Shown here piece by piece: positions 1 to 12,417 of a stretch of 64,000 nucleotides of DNA (its first letter is position 1; every line of letters starts with the position of its first letter). Where the stretch lies: contig CM060731.1 of NCBI GenBank assembly GCA_030704615.1, forward strand, positions 89,652,001-89,716,000, read 5' to 3'. Below the pieces are notes generated by a model that saw nothing but the letters and a program-made list of their open reading frames with translations, was not told where the DNA came from and searched no databases. Source of the stretch: Takakia lepidozioides (Eukaryota; Plantae; Bryophyta). A program made the position numbers and the translations under genes.

Positions 1-1392
1 AACGAAGCACAGTCCAGCTTTACATCTTCGAAGGCCTTGTCTGCGTCAGCACTAAGGGTCCCCTCTGTGGGCATGTAAACACAACCAACAAAGAGGTCCT
101 TTGTACTCATGTCGCCCTTCAAATTCAGTTTTAGCCAGATACTATGCTCGTACCTCAAACCCTTGTTGATAATTTCACAAATGTCAAACAAGAAATCACG
201 GACAAAGAATCCGACCCCTTTTTTACCGCGTTTGGCAGAGGCTGCCTTGAGAGTACACATCTTACCTGCCCATTTATAACCAATGACATCTCCAACCAGT
301 TTATCCGACGTTTCCCATGTTTCTTGCCCAGCACAGATATGAATATCATTAGTCTGAAGGACTTGTCCCACTTCAAGTTGTTTCCTTTGGTTGGTCAACC
401 CTGAGAAGTTGAAAGTGGCCAGCCGCAAGCCAGCCCTTTGCGTGTGAATTGTTTGTCGTCTAGGTAGCTTGTGATTGCTCCTGGACGGCCAACCGTTCTG
501 CAAAGGGGGGACAGTTACCCCATGTGTAGATTTTGCTCGTCTTGTGTAAACTTTGAGAATTGGTAAACCATTCAGGGTACCAAATCTTTCAGTTACACGA
601 CGCTCAGGCTCCGCACACATAGGGGCAGATTGTCCGTCAGACTGCTTGGGGACAATTACCCCGTGTATAGATTTTGCTCGTCTTGTGTAGACTTTGAGGA
701 TTGGTAAACCATTTAGAGTACCAAATCCTTCAGTTACACGACGTTCAGGCTCTGCACACTTAGGGACAGATTGTCCATCTGACGGCTTGGGGACAATTAC
801 CCCGTGTATAGAATTTGTTCGTCTTGTGTAAACCTTGAGGATTGGCAAACCATTCAGAGTACCAAATCCTTCAGATTCAGGACGTTCAGGTTCCGTACAC
901 TTAGGGGCAACTTGTCCTTCTGGCTGTTTGGATTCAACCTCATCCAGAGCATCAAACCGATTAGAAACTCTCAAGTTGAAGTTGTTGCCCTTGGTTGTCT
1001 TCCTAGAGCGCCCCATTGAATCACCAATGTCTAAGACCGCTCTCCAGCCAGTCAAGGGACAAACTTCTTTGAGATTGAATTGATGCGGGACTCTTTTAGA
1101 AGCACTTTTGGTCATTGCAACCTTCAACGTACCCCTGTTATCAAGTCTCGAGATGGTACCATTAGCCATGAAATCCAAGCCTAAGCTAGAGCATGTAGTT
1201 TTAAAGGACACATCGTCCATCCTGGGATTCACCCCAAAAACTACACATGAAGCCCTAGATTTGGCATAAGTAACCAATTCCCAGGGATCACCCTGAGGAG
1301 TGTTGATGTTGATAGGAGCTAAATTTTTGATTGTTTTCGCAGACCATAAGTTTAAGCACAGGAACCAACCCGAGCCCAAGTGCCGAGTATGC
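1..1392 (-). mobile_element. Non-LTR retrotransposon (LINE) 5' portion: stop-free frame running off the window edge, ending in an APE-type endonuclease; lies upstream of the first visible APC5 exon (probably intronic)
   Basis: Manual minus-strand translation is open from ~1392 (first ATG ~1220) to base 1: ...VSNRFDALDEVE...(47-aa repeats)...GLRLATFNFSGL...DIHICAGQETW...KKGVGFFV...SIWLKL...LFVGCVYMP, matching APE endonuclease motifs. It is missing from the ORF track because there is no stop inside the window. Confidence 0.85.
507..925 (-). repeat. Three tandem 141-bp (47-codon) repeats inside the LINE ORF
   Basis: Equivalent positions at 511, 652 and 793 (period 141); each unit encodes ...EGFGTLNGLPILKVYTRR..S.HGV.VP... 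Confidence 0.95.
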
Positions 1393-2311
1393 TAGACAGA
1401 GCATACGACTGCCCAATTTGGGCAGAGGGGCTGCCCCCAAGCGGTAGGAGTCCGCTTGTTACCATTCAGAGATCACACTCCAGGGAGTTGCAGGGAATGG
1501 CCCGTGTAGGCATATTCTAAAGAGGGAAAGGCCCCAAGCTTTCCAACTAAATCCAATGCACTACCTTACCTGAAGCAAAGCGCTTCAGGTCGAAACAAAC
1601 AAGGACACGAGGTCACAAGGCCGGCATTTAGTCACAGAGACATTAATGTACTCCCGTTTCAAGTCCACCCAATGTCAATAGGCTTCCTAGAGGACAGGGA
1701 GAGAATTTATATAGAGAGAGAGATGGAGGGAGTCTTAGGTTGCGCACATCACCTCATAGGCTTCTTGTCCATGAGACACGAGACTGCTTGGTGTCTTACG
1801 TCCAAAGCATTGGTCTTCTTCAATATAGCACTTCACTTTTGCTGCCCCCTGACACATAGAGGTTTTCCATCGGCTGTGGGTTCTCAGTGCAGATGATCTT
1901 TCGCTTGCTTATGTCAAGCTTGGGCAACATCTTGCGACTTTTAAGGGCTATTCAGGTGCCTCTTGAATCTGTCTTGTATCTTTTATTCCAACTTCCGGTC
2001 CCAAATGGGTCATTGCGTCATCAGGAGATTGTGTCACTCTCTTCAATAGGTGGTGTATTTGTCATTTTGAAATAACTTCCACTGGTCTGTGTGGTTTTCT
2101 CTAGAGCTTTAAGGAGGCCCACACTTAGATCTGGAAAGTTTACCTTGCCTGCTAGCTGCAGTGAACAGGGGAAGAAGCTCAGTTCTGTCATACTTTTTTT
2201 GGATCTGTGTTGCCTGGTTTGATCTTTAGTGCCACTTGTGATGACGTATTTTTTCTTTCAAATCACATTCCAATTGAACCCATTATTTCAAATATGAACC
2301 ATATGTGGCAG

Positions 2312-5300
2312 CTGCACTAGCTGCTCTAGAAGTGGCAGCCAAGAAGTTTCCAGTTGTGGCAAAGTCACGAGTGCGGGTACTGCAACTACAGCTTGTCCAT
2401 GACCGGGCTTTACATAGGTCAGTATGTCTTTGATGGTTGCTCTCTGTCTCTCTCTCCATGGGCATTCACTGCTGGAGTGAGCCCTCACAAAGGTGTGTCT
2501 GTTGCCATTGTTCTGCCCAAACTGGGCATGGGGTCTATGGCCATAAGGCTATGGGTCTTATGAGCACATCCTGTCCCTGCATCATGTGTTGTTTTTGAAG
2601 TGGTTTATAATTGTTTTACTTTCCATGGGACCTAGGGCCCCTTATGGAAGTTGTAAGTTTTTGTTTTTTTTTTGGGTCTCTCTCTTCTATCCTGACAAAG
2701 GTAGATTCTTTCCCTTTGTGTTCTGCTCAAACTGGGCGTGGGGTCAATGGCCACAATGTTACGGCAAACAATGTCTTATGAGTTCCTATTTCTCGTCTGT
2801 CTATTTAGAGGCTCGTCATTGGCAGAGGTTTAGGATGTAAAATCAGAATTGGACACTCCTCCTACACTAAGGGTGCATATTTAAGATCATCTTCCTCCAT
2901 ATTCTTCAGTCTTATCCAGTTAGGCAGAAAACTTTCCTGAACTTGTTTCCAGTCTGTGACATGGGGGAGGACATCATGGATGACGTCAAGGGTCTACCCA
3001 CTCTCGGTACTATGACTGAAATTTAAACTCAGGGCGGGAAGCCTACCTTTGAACAGCAAAAAGAAGCAGAGAGGAAAGGGAGAGAGCCATTGCCTGTTGT
3101 GTGGGCAACCTGAAGATAATGTTCATTTTCTGATTCAGTGTCCGGGGTTCTCTCACCAGAGAGACGCTCTCTTTGAATCTATCAAGGGAATTGTGCCTGT
3201 ACCTCTGTTTACCAACTTTTCAAGTCTCGAGGCTGAGCCAAGAGCCCAGGCCCAATTCAACAGAGAACCTACCATGTTTTGATCTGCCACAAGATATGAT
3301 CGTCATGAAGCAGGACAAACAGATTGATAGATTGTACTCATAAGACGTTGTTTGCCGTAGCCTTGTGGCCATTGACCACAGATTGATAGAGAAGATCTCA
3401 GAACGATATATGGGCAACAGGCATTAGGGACCTTATGAGAGGTAACTGCATCGTATTGTCTTTCTCTCAATTAGGTTCTGTGAGGGCTTTGGGCAACTTG
3501 GAATTGGATTCCCAAATACTTCAGATCAGGAGAGTTGGAATAAGAGACCTTAGATCTGTATATATACCAAGGAATAGAATCCACAATACTGCAAGACCCA
3601 CAGGAAGATACTACTGTGTTTCAGAGGTTGCTCGTCCTTGGCATACACCTCAACAATTAGGACGTGAAGTACTTGGTAGCTCATCGCACGTGGCTCTCAG
3701 TCTCCAAGCAGCATTTGGGGGCTTCTAACAGTTTTCTTTTCCCCGTATTTCTACTAGAGCCCTCCTGTGGATATACTACATTTCTTCTTGACTCTGACTG
3801 TTCAAATTCTTATAGTGTCGCTTGCAAATTGTCCTGTTGGTGTTGGCAGAGGAGAAATTAAGCTTGCACAGGTGGCATGTGGCGAGCTTTCAGCCCTTGC
3901 CTCTCCAGTGCTTGGGGTGGACATGGATCTAAAAACCGAGGCAAGCTTCCGGCAGGCTCGCACATTACTTGCTTCGGGTCACCTAGATGAGGTTGTTGAC
4001 CTTATTCCATATCAAATTGTTGTCTACCATGTCATATGATCACATTCGGGTCCAGAGGTTCTATGGAGAGAGCTTTTAGAACTCCAACCCCCAAATACGA
4101 TTTTGGCTGGAGGGACTTGTCTCATTGTTGTGGGGTGATGAGAGAGAGAGGGAGAGTTGGACAGTGGCCAGTTTGGGTGAAGCAGAATAGGGCAAGGACA
4201 GGGGTAAAGCAGTATTGGGGCACTATCTCAGCAGAAAGGTTCACGACAGTGTTGGGACTTGCCTAGAAAAGAAGTGGATTCTAAGATTTCAGATTTCCTC
4301 TGAGAAGCACTTACCCATGTGAGTGATTTGATGGCAATTCACCCCAGAAATCAGACCAAAGGAGAGTTGCAGCTTTTCACACAACTGTTTCGCAACAATG
4401 AGTCTTTCTGAGGCTTCATATAGAGGAGATTACATCCATGGAGAGAATTCAGTGCGCATCTGTGCTAGACTTTTAAGTAGTGCAAATGTTTGTTAAATAA
4501 CTGCAGTGGGGTGGATGGCAGGCAGCTGCAGCATCACGGTCTCTATTTTCACTATGCTATAAGGCCAATATGCAGTTGGACACTGTGTTGGTTCTGTTGC
4601 TTCTAGCAGACATCCACAAGGTGAGTCCCATTGCACTCTTGGCAGAAATATGTATCCAGGTGGCAATGTCTGACTGTTGGGCATCTATGAGGTGGTGGTG
4701 GTATGTATCCTGCTATTTGCTGACAGACGAAACGGGTGCTGGAGAGACAAAAAGAGAGATTCACATCTTGTGGCCCTGGTGCGTGTCCAGAAAGCAGGCA
4801 GTGCGGTGACTGGACTTCCGTATGCATTGGCCAGTCTGACACTTTGTCAGTCATTTAGCCTCGACCTGTTGCAAGCAACAGCGATGGTGACTTTGGCAGA
4901 GCTTTGGCTGAGTCTGGGTGTAGGCCATGCACCTGGGGCGCTACACCTCCTTCAGCAGTGCTTGCCAATGGTTTTGGGCCATGGTGGTCTTGAGCTTCGA
5001 GCGCGCACAAACCTTGCAGTTGCCCGGAGCCATCTTTCCAACCCCTCTTTTTCAGGTCAGAAAGAATCCAAAAAAAGGCCGACTCTTGCTAAAGCAACCG
5101 TAATTTATGGTGGTACTTCACCACCAAAGGACTACTGCCTTCCGTTCGGAAGGTGGACACTGTCAAGCGTAACAAGGTTGCTTGAACCCTCCCCAAGGAC
5201 TTGAAGGTACCCATTCAAGGTGACCCGTTGACCTGGTGACTCCCCTTTTCATAGCTGGATTGGCTATAATGGGTGACATCCGACATAGACCTATGTGGCT

Positions 5301-5976
5301 TTGAGGTCACAGCCGCTTCTAAGGCGGACTTGTGCTGTAAGCATTGGGCCATCTGTTGGATGCTTTTAGAGTTTGTATCTTCCACTCAAGTTCATGTGAC
5401 ATCCCAATCTCTAAGGTATTGGAGGTCCTTTATTGACTTGGAACAACTTCTCTGAATAATGTCATCATTCAACCTTAAGAATACTCATCAACACATTCTC
5501 TTTCATCCCCTATCTTCTTGAACCTTCAGTTAAAGTGAGAAACCTCTCCATTGCAATGGTGATCCTCCATGTGTGATGAGTTGCATTCTTTGTTGCAGTG
5601 GAAGCAGAGCCTGACACTGTGTTGGAACCTCTTCAGCTAGCCGCCAAGGAGTTCGGAATTTTGGAGGTAATCTTCGATGTTTGATGTGCTCTTTCGGCTT
5701 TGATCACTTTTTATTCTTTTCTGAGGCCATTGTCAGCCAGAAATAGAGTATCTGGTGTAGAGGCATGCGTGAAGCCTGCTAGGCTCTTTCACTGAAAGGA
5801 CAGCACTGTGGGTGCAGGACAATGCCTTGGCAGGGGAGGCCTACTATTTGCAAGCAGTTGTCTTGAATGCACTTGGTCATTTGGAAGAGAGAAACGAAGC
5901 CGCAGCAGCGTTTCAAAAGTGTATGTTGACACTGTACCAGGCACAGGCTTCAGAGATTGCTGTCCTACCTGTTTGA
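2312..5976 (+). CDS. APC5: Anaphase-promoting complex subunit 5, 3' exons (5' part outside the window). Exons ~2312-2417, 3850-3991, 4522-4620, 4791-5055, 5599-5666, 5818-5976
   Basis: GT-AG exons join in frame: AALAALEVAAKKF...LQLVHDRALHR/GEIKLAQVACGEL...VDMDLKTEASFRQARTLLA.../GLPYALASLTLCQSFSLDLLQATAMVTLAELWLSLG...ILE/DNALAGEAYYLQAVVL...EERNEAAAAFQK...stop; this is recognisable as the plant APC5 C-terminus. Confidence 0.93.
2467..2785 (+). mobile_element. Two short 3'-terminal pieces of the same LINE family (~2467-2570, ~2717-2785)
   Basis: Both share ...gttctgc(c/t)caaactggg...ggtc(t/a)atggcca(t/c)aa...cttatgag with 53000-53100 and with the reverse complement of 35200-35300. Confidence 0.75.
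2820..3255 (+). mobile_element. LINE 3' fragment (C-terminal CCHC zinc-knuckle region) in an APC5 intron
   Basis: HCLLCGQPEDNVHFLIQCPGFSHQRDALF motif; aligns by eye to the copies at 35.2-35.7, 36.4-36.7 and 52.8-53.1 kb. Confidence 0.8.
3332..3377 (-). mobile_element. 46-bp extremely 5'-truncated LINE insertion with a 13-bp target-site duplication
   Basis: acagattgataga at 3319-3331 and 3378-3390 flanks the reverse complement of the family's 3' end (ggtcaatggccacaaggctacggcaaacaacgtcttatgagtacaa). Confidence 0.85.
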
Positions 5977-6740
5977 GAGGGTTCCCAGTCAAAGCGAAGT
6001 TCATTTTAGATTCATTTAGTAAGGCCGATGACCTTCACATGCTCATCATGGGATGCCATCTGCTTTATGCTCCTGTTACAGGTTCTTCTAGCAGGAGATG
6101 CATTTTTTATTAGGTCCATCCAATCAATTTGGCTTTGCATTGTCATGTGCATATCAGCAGGCAAAAAAAGGCAGTCAATGTCATGTCATCATAGCTTGAA
6201 ACCCGGTACTTCAAAGCCTTGTCATTTGCTACACCGATTTTTTTATTTCCTTCACATGTGAAGTTGTAAACGGTTTTCTTCTGAAGTGTTGGTGTATGTG
6301 CCAACCAGTGCACCTCAAGAAAATCACAACTTTTTACTAGATCTGAAAGCCACAGTTCAGTATGAGATGAACCTTTTCAACAGTAACTTGAAGGGCTGAC
6401 AGCCCAGTGGGCACAGATTAAGCCAATCGGCCATCAGGTAGCCTTTGAACGTAAGGATCACCTGCAAATATACTTCAACTGCCCATATCCTACATGGGCC
6501 GTGGAAATTCAAACTAGGCCCTCAAGCAGACCTTCTGTTTACCCTACTCCAGATCCCCTCAAAACTTGCATAGTTTTTTAAACTGCAAGAATTCAGAACT
6601 GTAGCATGTCATGGTACATACTGTGAGAAAGTAGCATGGAGGGTGACCTTCAAGAGGCAAGACAGTGGGAAGCACCAAAAGAGTGGATGAACGAAAGATC
6701 TCTTGTTATGCCTTGTGGAGTGTCATGTCTGTTCCTGTAT

Positions 6741-8496
6741 CTACAGTGCTAATAGCCTAGAATACTTTTGGGTACAGGCAGCAATGGCATCCAAGTCCTC
6801 CTTCCGCCGTCCAAACTTGCGAGCAAATAGAAAACACTTTGAATGAGGCTGCCCATTATACACACAAGATTGCATTGGGTGGTTTGTGTCCTCTGATGAA
6901 TCCATGTATTGTCCATCCAGATTCTCAGTCCTTTGTTGAATTTTCTGAAAAAAATTGGACGCTGTTATGCTGCTGTCAAAGTGGAACGTCTCGGGCGAGC
7001 TTCCATGGCGTGGATTTGTCCAGTCCACGTACGTCACTGTCCGGTTGGTAATTCCCTGAATACATGAGACGACAGGACTCAGTACCTCAACATTTTATAA
7101 AGGGTCCTGCAGATTTCTGGCAGTCTTCATTTCTCTGAACATGCAACTGTGGGTCTCGTGTGTCAAAGAACCAAGGATTTCTTAGCTGTAAGTTTACCCT
7201 CGATTTTCTTTCTGACTACTTTCTTGAAACTAGTCTGGAATAGCAAACCTGAGAGATCCATCTGAGTGCTCATGAGTGGATCTGTCTGCACAAGCGACAT
7301 TCATTTTGAGAAAACCAAGCACGATCATCAAGTCGGACCATACCAGCTCATATGTGTGTAAATAGAGCAGGTGTGCAAATGGGCAACTCTGCTGCATATG
7401 GGCAATTTCGGATTTGGCTGAGAGTCCATAAATGAGAAGGGTTTCGGAATACCATAGCAGCTGAGCTGTTTAACGACGTAGAAGAAGGCTGATCACTTTC
7501 GGAGATATAGAACTACGAGCAACAATAAACAGTCCCAAATTTGAATGACATCCACCCTTGAAAGATCTTACCATGGGATCTTTAATAGAGAGCATGGTTT
7601 GTAAGAACTCCTCATCCACTGTGCAATCTGCAATCCTCCCCCTTCCGAAGCTGATCTGCTCTGAACTCGGGCTCCATCACCCAACTTGTCTGATATTTCT
7701 TGACTGGGACAAACGCTTCTACAAAACTTTGTCGGGAGGACATGAAATAATCATACACGAAGGGAAAACGACGAACTGGTAGACACGAATCACTGACGAG
7801 TGTAAACCATAAATTAGGACTGTCGGCGTCCAATAAGGCAAAGGCCATGAGCCGTCGCACAGCATCAACGAGACTGATAGATAAGCGATGAACAGGCTTG
7901 TTGGGTATTGTTCGATTGTAGAAGATGGAGGTATTCGGAAAATTGTAGTCTTCGGATCCACTTTGATGAATGTAGATCGAATAGGAATTATTGTCAGCGC
8001 CTGCGAAGAATCGCTCCCAGACAGGCTCTAAGGGGATCTCGCGTCTGACAACAAACAGGAATGCAATCCGGGGTTTACCGTGAGCCAAAGGATATGTCGC
8101 CGCACGTTGAGCCGCATACAGAAGCTCTGACTCCTCCACTGCAACTTTGAAATACTTCGTGACGTTCATAGTGTGCACGGTAGTGCCTGGTTCGACGAGG
8201 TCCTCGCGGGGAAGAAACGAATTCCGGTCTGATGGAATTATATGGGAACCGTTCCAATCAGATGCACATAAACTAGACTGCCTACCTCTGTGAGAAGCCC
8301 AACTATGTTCCTCAGACTTTGGCAATGCCACTGGGTTGAGTCGTGAAGCGAAAAGCATTGAGCTAGTAAGCAGGTTCGAGTAAAAACATTGCTGCGTGAA
8401 TACAATCAGGGCTACTGCACCAACCAAGGCAGCGCAGCTCCTCACAACAGCAGAAATGCCCCAGTTGACATGCTTTCTGACAACTCGACGGTCCAT
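6741..8496 (-). pseudogene. Core-2/I-branching beta-1,6-GlcNAc transferase family (GT14-like/DUF266, BC10-type); exons ~8496-7636, 7627-7572, 7055-6741; appears internally deleted
   Basis: N-terminal TM, then KPRIAFLF, PLEPVWERFF, YSIYIH, ISLVDAVRRLMAFALLD, LVSDSCLPV, SFVEAF, RKGE; later DEEFLQTML and NRTVTYVDW...CFLFARKF. Exon 1 runs directly into the next acceptor out of frame. Confidence 0.8.
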
Positions 8497-10369
8497 CAAA
8501 CTCGATGAAGTCCCCAAGTTAAGAATCCTAGGGGTCGACTACCAGAGTTAGAGTTCTAGATGTCTACTTCCACAGGAACCTCATATCTACAGAGGGAAGA
8601 AATTACTTGGCATGCGAGAGGAGGCAGATATATAGAGTCCCGGGATTCTAAGAGCCCACTGCTGCGGACAAGTACCAGCTGGCTTCACCTTGAGCAACTG
8701 GTCACGACAATAAACAAGCACAAGATAGACGTCTGCGAATTGGGCATCACGATTCACGAACGAATTTAATGCTAAGTGTGCGCAAAGTTCACCTAACCCA
8801 ACCTTATATTATGTACCTCTGTCGGTACATGTTAGCACTCCCCGTCGTAGAATGCCGCGCAAGAGCCAACCTGCCCAACAGCGGCCCGAGCTTCGCCATT
8901 GACTCTTGCAAAGATGCAGGGATATAAAACTTGACAAGTACTGTCTTACAAAGGACTCTCCATTCTTGAATTAACTAACGCTAGTCTCAGCAGTCTAATT
9001 AAGAGAGAAACTTTAGCTATTCTAACAGACCGAGGCAGATCTATTTTCGTTCTAGATTCTAAATCTAGCATACAACTATATCCATCAGTCTCTATTAATC
9101 TACGCAACATCTCCTTACGGACATCCCTTGAGTTCTCTGCGGGCATTTGGTTGCGCCGGGTTGACTGTCCCTACGTGGAGAGGTAAATCTACTGCTGGTC
9201 AACTCCGTTTTTCATGATGAGGAGATGGCCTCATGTAATAATACTGCTTAACTTCAGATCAGCAGTACGTTCTGGACAGTAAGATTCGGCGCCATTGTCC
9301 CTCCATCTAGGGAGGGCCACTTCCAAATATTCCGATACTACGTGCAAAAAAATATAGGAACAACATGTTCTCGACGGATAAAGTTTATTACAAATAATAA
9401 GGGTACCAATATATCGTGGTTTAAATGAATGTAGGGTACTCTGGAATATAAATTATTTTTTTGTTTTTTTTACAACTACCAATAAGGTCCTGATAAAGAT
9501 CTGGGATACGTGTCATCGAGTTACTGGTTTATCAGGTGGGCTAGATTTGGATTTGGGGACTTCAACTGTTGACGACATGTGGTTCACAAATCTAGATGGC
9601 ACCTTAAATTCAAGTATGATGTAACAGATACTAAAGCGATAGACATATATTCAATCATTAATTCAGTTATTAGGTATGATTTTTGACAAAATTCATTTTG
9701 CTTAGAGCTTGAATGGTACTGATGCCCAAGCTTTGGATGAGTTTCTTTCGACCAAATAATGAACTTTTTTTCACTGTAAGAAAATTTCCTTTTATTGTAT
9801 TATTACTATAGCATGTCTGAAATTTGCTAATAGCAATAAAATATAATTAACATAGCAGGTCAAAAATTCCGTATTTTACAAAATTATGTAAATATAGGGT
9901 GGCCGATAAAGACCAAAATAAAATAATACCCCCATACAAATTACCCTTTTTTTCACACGTGATGTATAAAACATATAGGGAGTGACCTCCCCCAGCCCTC
10001 TAGGAGATCTGCCAAGGAAATTTTGAAATATGCTTAAGCCTTAGACTTTTTGGACATCCAAATTGTTTTTGGGGGACATAGGCACTAGGTCTATGAGGGT
10101 GCATGATGGTGCAAGAGAGTCGGAGATAGATGTCCGAGTGATAATACATGATCAGGTTGGAGGCTCGTCTAATCCGATTTTAGCTGCATAAGTGTGAGTA
10201 TAGAAGGAGATTCCTAAGACTAGGATTTACTTGGGAGATAATTCAATACAAGAGGATGTGGGAAAAGGATCTATAGTTATTGACATGTTAGTCAATAACA
10301 AGGTCAACGGCATGATGTGCTATTTGTGCCAAGTTTGGCAGGCATGGGGTATGAGTCTCTTCGTGTCTC

Positions 10370-10570
10370 TTGTTCTCGTCGTCACTCTCCCTCATCCTTT
10401 GTAGAATATGTTCCAATTGTTTCAAGTGAAGATTCCAACTTCCACTGTGAATGTTAATATCACGCACGAATACCTTTGCACACACATTAAGTTCCCTTGG
10501 AAGTATGGTATTCATTGCTCTCTGAAAGGTCGCAGTAGCATTTTTAAACCCAAAACCCAAACGGTACTTG
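10370..10570 (-). mobile_element. Degenerate Ty3/gypsy reverse transcriptase fragment
   Basis: FGFKNATATFQRAMNTIL...VFVRDINIHSGSWNLHLKQLEHILQRMRE is a decayed PFGLKNAPATFQR...YVDD segment. Confidence 0.8.
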
Positions 10571-10899
10571 ATATCCTCTTCAGCCATCTTTGATTTGACA
10601 AATCCATTGTGTCGGTCTAGTGTTGTGAACCAATTGGCTAAATTGACATGGCCTGGCATGCCTACTTTTTCAATCTCCCACTAACCAGTACCCGTTTATC
10701 AAACTAAAAAGATTCGAAGTCTGGCACATAAAAAACTTAGGGATGCTCTTCAGGAAGTGGGAGGAGAAAGAGCCCGAGGCAGGGAAAAGTTTGGAATTCC
10801 TCCACTACTGAAGGTCCAGGGACACCTTGGATTGGTCTCATCTCAAGTTTAATGGTAGATGTACATGTTTCCAAAGTCCAGTACTAAACATTGACTTGA

Positions 10900-11930
10900 T
10901 GTAATGCTTTGCAAGATCATAGAGCTTTGGTTTAACAATCTCAAGAAGATTAGAGGTTACTGGAATAATAAAAAGATGCATGATACCAAACTCTGCTTGC
11001 AAAAGAACGGTTCACAAAGTGCTCAATGGAGGGAGACAGGTGCAATTGACAGGAAGCAATATTGAGTTGTCCAGTATTGGTGAAATCTGAGTTGCCTAAT
11101 GGCAGAATCCTGTTTACAAGCCTCCACAAAAACCCACAGATTTTAGAGGCCCGGTCTTTCCTCCACACGTTATTCCAAATACATTTCTAGGAAGAATGAG
11201 CACTAGGTATATGGCACCAGTTTATGGTCCATTTGGCATTCATGATGACCGCAGACCGAAGCAGAGAGTAAGCTATCTTCACTAAGTAACCCAAAAAAGG
11301 TGAGTGGTTTTTGTCCATCCACATCCACCCCCCCCCCCCCCCCCCGGATCAAACTGCAGATAACATAGTGGGGCAGAAAGGAACCAAGAAATCTTACCAT
11401 TATAAATGAATATGTCTTATGGAAGGGGGGGATTAGTGACACTAATAAGGTGACAGAAAGTCCTGATAGAATTTTAACAAGTCTGTCTCCAAAAACGTGG
11501 CACAGGAAGGGGCAGACAGGAACCCAGAAGGGTCAACCTAGAAGGACCATCTAGTAAAAGTCGACTGCCGAGAAGTGGCATAAAAAGCCATAAGAGAAGA
11601 ATGTAGACAAATGCCCAGTCAAGCAGGAAGCGGTCTGGAAAAGAAGAGCAATTAATCCAGAAACTTGGACGATTTTCAGTAATTACGTTCCATCCAGCGT
11701 TAGCTCTGTGCCTGGAAAACCTTTCAGTGGCCAAAAGCCATGGGCACGAAAGAGCCATTCTCCCAGATGTTGACCATATGCAAGATCCCAGCTGATTCGA
11801 ACATATGACCAAGCTCTTGTTATCAGAGTTAAAATTCCTGAAAAGAGGTTGCCTCATGACTACATCAGAGGATGTAGGAAAGAGCTGAGTGAGAAAGGGA
11901 CGAATCTAGAGCCAAATAGCCCAAATGGAC
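10900..11930 (-). mobile_element. Degenerate L1-type LINE 3' region (zf-RVT-like)
   Basis: WRKDRASKICGFLWRLVNRILPLGN...CQL...SIEH matches the zf-RVT pattern; many frame breaks. Confidence 0.65.
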
Positions 11931-12417
11931 AACTTATATTTTGAGATAAAAACCTTGTGAGGTACTAGGTTTGTGATGGTGCAAGAGATATGAGATAATT
12001 TAGGGGGAGTGATATGAATGACCAAGCTGCTAATTCAATAATATGAATGTTATATATAGGTGTCAAAGATACACACATATAATCTATAATGGCTTGGTTG
12101 TATATGGTCAAATCGAAATTTTTGATATATCAAATCTTATTCAAATTAAATACTAAAATTTATAGTAAAAATTATCTTTGATGTTTGGGATAAGACCCTT
12201 TACTAAAAATGTTAAATATACCATTTTCTATCATCATTTAAAATTATTTGGGGAAATATCGTCAATTTTAAATTTGGTCATGGACTTCCATGGAAGCAAC
12301 ATCTGTCGTTTTCGGTCCATCTTAGTCTGCAACTACCCATGAGAGAGGCCTGCTCGAATGTCCTTGAGTTTGGGTATGTCGATGGGTCTCGTCTCTTCCT
12401 TCTTCAAGCTTAAAATG

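Noticed and set aside
10081-12030. Similar ~70-bp motifs at ~10081 and ~11961 as LTRs around the gypsy/LINE scraps
   Set aside because: The similarity is short and weak, with no TG..CA ends, PBS or TSD visible.
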